From positions 448,001-512,000 of the forward strand of contig CAVUPH010000014.1 of the NCBI GenBank assembly GCA_963743305.1: 64,000 nt of DNA, written 5' to 3'. The notes below the pieces were generated by a model, which was given only the letters and a program-made list of their open reading frames with translations, had not been told where the DNA came from and made no database searches. Each line of letters opens with the position of its first letter. Positions within the stretch are counted from its first letter, which is position 1. This DNA comes from an uncultured delta proteobacterium (lineage in GTDB: Bacteria; Desulfobacterota; RBG-13-43-22). Positions 60,468-64,000 of the stretch are shown one piece after another. Both the position numbers and the translations under genes were made by a program.

Positions 60468-60944
60468 TTAGTCCTCCATCTGGATTTCTAACCGGATCAT
60501 TTGGTCTTCAGCTAAAAAATCCAACTGGAGCCACTTCGGCGACGACCCCGGGCCGGCCGAATCTCTGAACCCGATGACCTCGGTCTCAGGAATGGTCAAG
60601 GCATATCCGTAGGCTCGATCATACCGGGAAAAGAGATTACCGCAAATCATGTTGGTTAATTCTTTTGTCATATCGATCACCTGCTGCTCGGAAGCCTCTT
60701 CCTCCAACCCCAGAAAATTGGTGGTCAGATCCCGAGCCAAGCGAATGGGCAAAAAAAGTCGCAGATGTCCCCGCAGCTTACCCTTAAAGCCGAGCCGGCA
60801 TTTAAGCCAGTGTTCATTTTGGGACCAGGGGTTGCCAGCGGAATCGCCCAAGTCCGGGGTGTACGGCTCCAGAAAAACAAAAAACATGGTCTCGAATACA
60901 TGGCCAAGGGCCTCGACCGCCGCCGCCTGTAGTTCATTATCCAT
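60468..60944 (-). CDS. CheX/CheC-like phosphatase domain protein
   Basis: VFETMFF, FKG..RG.L, KELTNMICGN (ExxN). Confidence 0.75.
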   Translation of the reverse strand: MDNELQAAAVEALGHVFETMFFVFLEPYTPDLGDSAGNPWSQNEHWLKCRLGFKGKLRGHLRLFLPIRLARDLTTNFLGLEEEASEQQVIDMTKELTNMICGNLFSRYDRAYGYALTIPETEVIGFRDSAGPGSSPKWLQLDFLAEDQMIRLEIQMED

Positions 60945-61323
60945 TGACCACCTCCAGGATGCCGGTCAGGGTATCCCGGACGGCTTCAGGGTAAAAAGGC
61001 TTCTGGATATACCCGTTAATCCCTAAGGCCTTGGCCTCTTGGATCCGCTCCTCGCTGCCTTCAGTGGTGATTAACACCACCGGGATATGGCGATAGTTTT
61101 CATCCTGCTTCAGCGCCCGGAGCAGTTCCAGACCGTTCATCCGGGGCATGTTGAGATCGGTCAGGATGATATCTACCCAGCGGTCGTTTAGGGCCTCCAG
61201 AGCCGCCTGCCCGTCGGCGGCCTCCCAGCATTCCCCGATCTCAAAACCGGAAAGGGCGACGGTTTTTTTGATCACCGTTCGCATGGTCTGCGAATCATCG
61301 ACGATCAGCACATTGTAAGCCAT
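60937..61323 (-). CDS. cheY: CheY-like single-domain response regulator
   Basis: VDDS, TDLNMP, ITTEG, KPF. Confidence 0.85.
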   Translation of the reverse strand: MAYNVLIVDDSQTMRTVIKKTVALSGFEIGECWEAADGQAALEALNDRWVDIILTDLNMPRMNGLELLRALKQDENYRHIPVVLITTEGSEERIQEAKALGINGYIQKPFYPEAVRDTLTGILEVVNG

Positions 61324-61438
61324 GATCCTTCTCCGAGTACCTGCTTCTGCTTTAAAGGGTTCCCGCCATCGGGAGTGAATTCTCTCTGAGATGGGAATTG
61401 GCCAGGCCTCATAAAAAAAGGTTCAGCCATCCGACCTC

Positions 61439-62290
61439 TTATTCCACTTTCAGCCAGGATTCGACTACCTGCAGACGGTCATTAAGCTGAACGATACATT
61501 TTTCCACGTCTTTTTCCCGGAGGCGGAAATGCTTCATAATTTCCGGGTCCCCCTCATAGTACAGGCCGTCTGAGCCGCCACCGATGCCGGTGATCAGGGC
61601 CATGCAGTTGGCCAAATGGATCAGGGCCACCAGGTCCGGATCTTCACCCTGACACAACCAGGGCGTATGATGGTATCGAACCGCCTCGACAATCGAGCGG
61701 GGGAACTTCCAACTTTCAGCGATCAGCCCTCCCAGTTCGGCATGGTCCATTCCCAATACTTCCCGCTCCGCCGCAATGAACGAATAGCCCTTTTCCCCGA
61801 CCAAGGTTTTGATCTCCTCGAAGGTCTCCTTCACAAAGGCGCTGAGGACCACTTTGCCCATGTCGTGAAGCAGGGCGGCCGTAAACTGGGTGGCGCTGGG
61901 TTCCCGTTGTATCCGCTGGGCGACAATCTCGGTCAGAATGGCGCAGCTTACCGAATGTTTCCACAAGGCCCCGGTGTCCAGGTCATATCCCTGGCAGGGA
62001 TGGGCCAGAACGCGCTGGAAGGAACGGTTTAAAATGATCTGCATTAAGGTATTGAAACCCACGAACACCAAGGCTTCTTTTAAGGAATGGACCTGGCGAC
62101 GGAGGTTGAAGTAGGCGGAATTACAGACCTTCAGCACCTGAGAGGTGACCCCCTGATCGTATTGGATGATTTCCACCACGTCCTGGGCGGAACTCCGAGG
62201 ATCGTTGATGGACTGCAAGGCCCGGAGAATGATCGCCGGGAAAGGCGGAAGTTGGTCGATGGCCTGAACGATCAAGGCGATCCGGTTCAT
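61439..62290 (-). CDS. HDOD domain protein
   Basis: LPPFP, VLKVCNSAYF, LWKHS, LLHDMGK, DHAELG..W.FP, YHH. Confidence 0.9.
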   Translation of the reverse strand: MNRIALIVQAIDQLPPFPAIILRALQSINDPRSSAQDVVEIIQYDQGVTSQVLKVCNSAYFNLRRQVHSLKEALVFVGFNTLMQIILNRSFQRVLAHPCQGYDLDTGALWKHSVSCAILTEIVAQRIQREPSATQFTAALLHDMGKVVLSAFVKETFEEIKTLVGEKGYSFIAAEREVLGMDHAELGGLIAESWKFPRSIVEAVRYHHTPWLCQGEDPDLVALIHLANCMALITGIGGGSDGLYYEGDPEIMKHFRLREKDVEKCIVQLNDRLQVVESWLKVE

Positions 62291-62766
62291 AATTCGGTTT
62301 CTCCTTCCCCCGAAGTCTTCAGCCAGACCTGGCCGGTGGACATCTCCAGGCGCATCGTCCGGTTGACCATCCCGCCTACATTTTCCGCCTTGATCAGAAC
62401 GTTATTGCGCCATAATATCTTTCGCATGGCCGCATAGTTGCGTTTGCCGATATTAAAGAAACCGGCGTTATCCATAATTTGGGACCCGCCCGCCACCTTA
62501 ACGATCATTCGTCCTTTTTCCGCCCCCAATTTATAGGATTCCTTGAAAAGCAGGGGGATCCCCGTGTCGGCAAACATCCAGGGATTACGCCTGGCCTTCT
62601 CCGGGTCGATCTGGGATTCCGGCAGCATCATATGCAGAAGTCCCCCCACCTTGGCGAGAGGATCAAACACCGCCACCCCGATGCAGGACCCCAGGGCATA
62701 AGTAATCAGGGTAGCCTCGGGGTTTTTGGTAACCTTCAGGTCAGCGATTTCTACTACGAGGCGCAC
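62287..62766 (-). CDS. cheD: Chemoreceptor glutamine deamidase CheD (copy 2)
   Basis: YALGSCIGV, GGLLHMMLP, FADTG, KVAGG, IGKRN. Confidence 0.92.
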   Translation of the reverse strand: MRLVVEIADLKVTKNPEATLITYALGSCIGVAVFDPLAKVGGLLHMMLPESQIDPEKARRNPWMFADTGIPLLFKESYKLGAEKGRMIVKVAGGSQIMDNAGFFNIGKRNYAAMRKILWRNNVLIKAENVGGMVNRTMRLEMSTGQVWLKTSGEGETEL

Positions 62767-62777
62767 GCAAAAAATCC

Positions 62778-63626
62778 TTATTTTTTATAGATGGCCGGTT
62801 TAACATATTTAAAGGAGTGCGGAATGCCGGTCAGGCTCTCGGAGTGGCCAATAAAAAGGACGCCCTCCGGGCCCAGGCACTGGTAAAAACGGTTCACCAA
62901 GGTTTCCTGGGTTTTTTTGTCAAAATAGATCATCACATTGCGGCAAAAAATGCAATCAAAGGGTTCCTGGAAAGGAAAAGGTTCCATCAAGTTAAACCGT
63001 TTGAATTCCACGGGGTCTCTTAATCGGTTTTTGACTTTTACATATTCCCGCCATTGCTGGTCCCCCTTTAAAAAGTATTTCTTAATCAGCGGGGAGGGGA
63101 TATTGCGAATTCGGTCCTGCTCGTAGATCCCGGCCATAGCCTTTTTCAATACTTTGGTGGAGAGGTCCGTGGCCAAAATCTTGATTTTCCATTTTTCAGG
63201 AAGCGCCAACCCCTCCAGCAAGGTGATGGAAATGGAATAGACTTCTTCCCCGGAAGAGCAACCGGCGCTCCAGAGGCGGATTTGCGGGTCCCGGCCTTTC
63301 CGGGTCGCCGTCCATTGGGGGAGCAGTTCATTTTTCAGGTAGTCAAAATGGCTTTGTTCCCGGAAAAAACTGGTCAGGTTGGTGGAAATAGAGTCCAGGA
63401 GAAACACCAGTTCCTCTCCCGAGTTGTCCTCGACCACGTACCGGTAATAATCCCGGAAGGACTTAAACCGGCCCTGCCGGACCCGCTTGCTCAGTCGGGC
63501 CTTGATCAGCTCCTTTTTGCCGTCATGAAGCGAGATCCCGCTTTGCTCATACACCAGGCGGCTGAATTGTTCGAAGTCAACCTGGGTTAGTTCAAATTCG
63601 GAAACCGGTTGTTGCTGATTAGGCAA
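62778..63626 (-). CDS. cheR: Chemotaxis methyltransferase CheR
   Basis: TNLTSFFRE, WSAGCSSGEE, ATDLS, FCRNVMIYF, GHSESL; likely start TTG 63626 after GAGGAG (track ORF starts 63731). Confidence 0.95.
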   Translation of the reverse strand: MPNQQQPVSEFELTQVDFEQFSRLVYEQSGISLHDGKKELIKARLSKRVRQGRFKSFRDYYRYVVEDNSGEELVFLLDSISTNLTSFFREQSHFDYLKNELLPQWTATRKGRDPQIRLWSAGCSSGEEVYSISITLLEGLALPEKWKIKILATDLSTKVLKKAMAGIYEQDRIRNIPSPLIKKYFLKGDQQWREYVKVKNRLRDPVEFKRFNLMEPFPFQEPFDCIFCRNVMIYFDKKTQETLVNRFYQCLGPEGVLFIGHSESLTGIPHSFKYVKPAIYKK

Positions 63627-64000
63627 ACACGGACTCCTCATCCGCCGATAGAACCCGGTCGATATCCAACAGGATTTTAACCTGTCCCTTGACCTTGGCC
63701 AGACCCAGGATATAATCCGTATTGAGCGCACTGCCCAGGTTGGGGGTGGGTTCGATGTCTTCTCCGGAAATATTCAAAACCTCGGAAACCGAATCCACTA
63801 TTATCCCGATGGGGATGGACCCGCCACTGCCCAAAATTTCCACTACGATAATACAGGTCCGATCGGTGTAGTCCTCCTCCGTGATTCCGAATTTGGACCG
63901 CAGCGAAATCACCGGGATGACTTTACCGCGCAGATTGATCACCCCCTTGATATGCTCCGGTGTGCGGGGAACCGAGGTGATCTCCAGAATACCGATGATT
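63619..64000 (-). CDS. cheW: Chemotaxis protein CheW, 5' partial
   Basis: IKGVINLRGKVIPVI, GIIVDSVSEV, ILLDIDRVL; open to the window edge. Confidence 0.93.
   Translation of the reverse strand, partial: IIGILEITSVPRTPEHIKGVINLRGKVIPVISLRSKFGITEEDYTDRTCIIVVEILGSGGSIPIGIIVDSVSEVLNISGEDIEPTPNLGSALNTDYILGLAKVKGQVKILLDIDRVLSADEESVFA

Overview
This is a 64-kb window of a bacterial chromosome. Protein families and gene context suggest Desulfobacterota/Deltaproteobacteria (inference). In order, it holds: (1) a sulfur/redox locus with a DsrC/TusE-like protein, TrxB, two TauE/SafE exporters, an orphan substrate-binding protein, a histidine kinase with a sigma54 response regulator, a USP and a PEP-synthase-associated domain protein; (2) a sigma28-type promoter and c-di-GMP-I riboswitch in front of a secreted FN3 protein; (3) recCBD, a DUF853 ATPase, ppdK and a YhhN gene; (4) a compact lasso-peptide-like RiPP cluster; (5) a divergent infA and an RRM protein; (6) the dcw cluster mraZ to ftsZ, without ddl; (7) Hsp20, a lytic transglycosylase, HD-GYP, an HDOD kinase-like protein, motAB, an MCP remnant, PilZ proteins, fliL and a chemotaxis cluster running off the right edge. 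The lasso-like cluster is the best candidate for an undescribed system. It has an RRE, a B2 peptidase, two tandem precursors (one absent from the ORF track) and an HPr-kinase-like kinase, but no lasso cyclase, and its predicted cores start with Glu or Gln. Six genes, including essential murB, carry apparent +1 frameshifts, most likely assembly errors. No rRNA, tRNA, CRISPR array or transposase was recognised.
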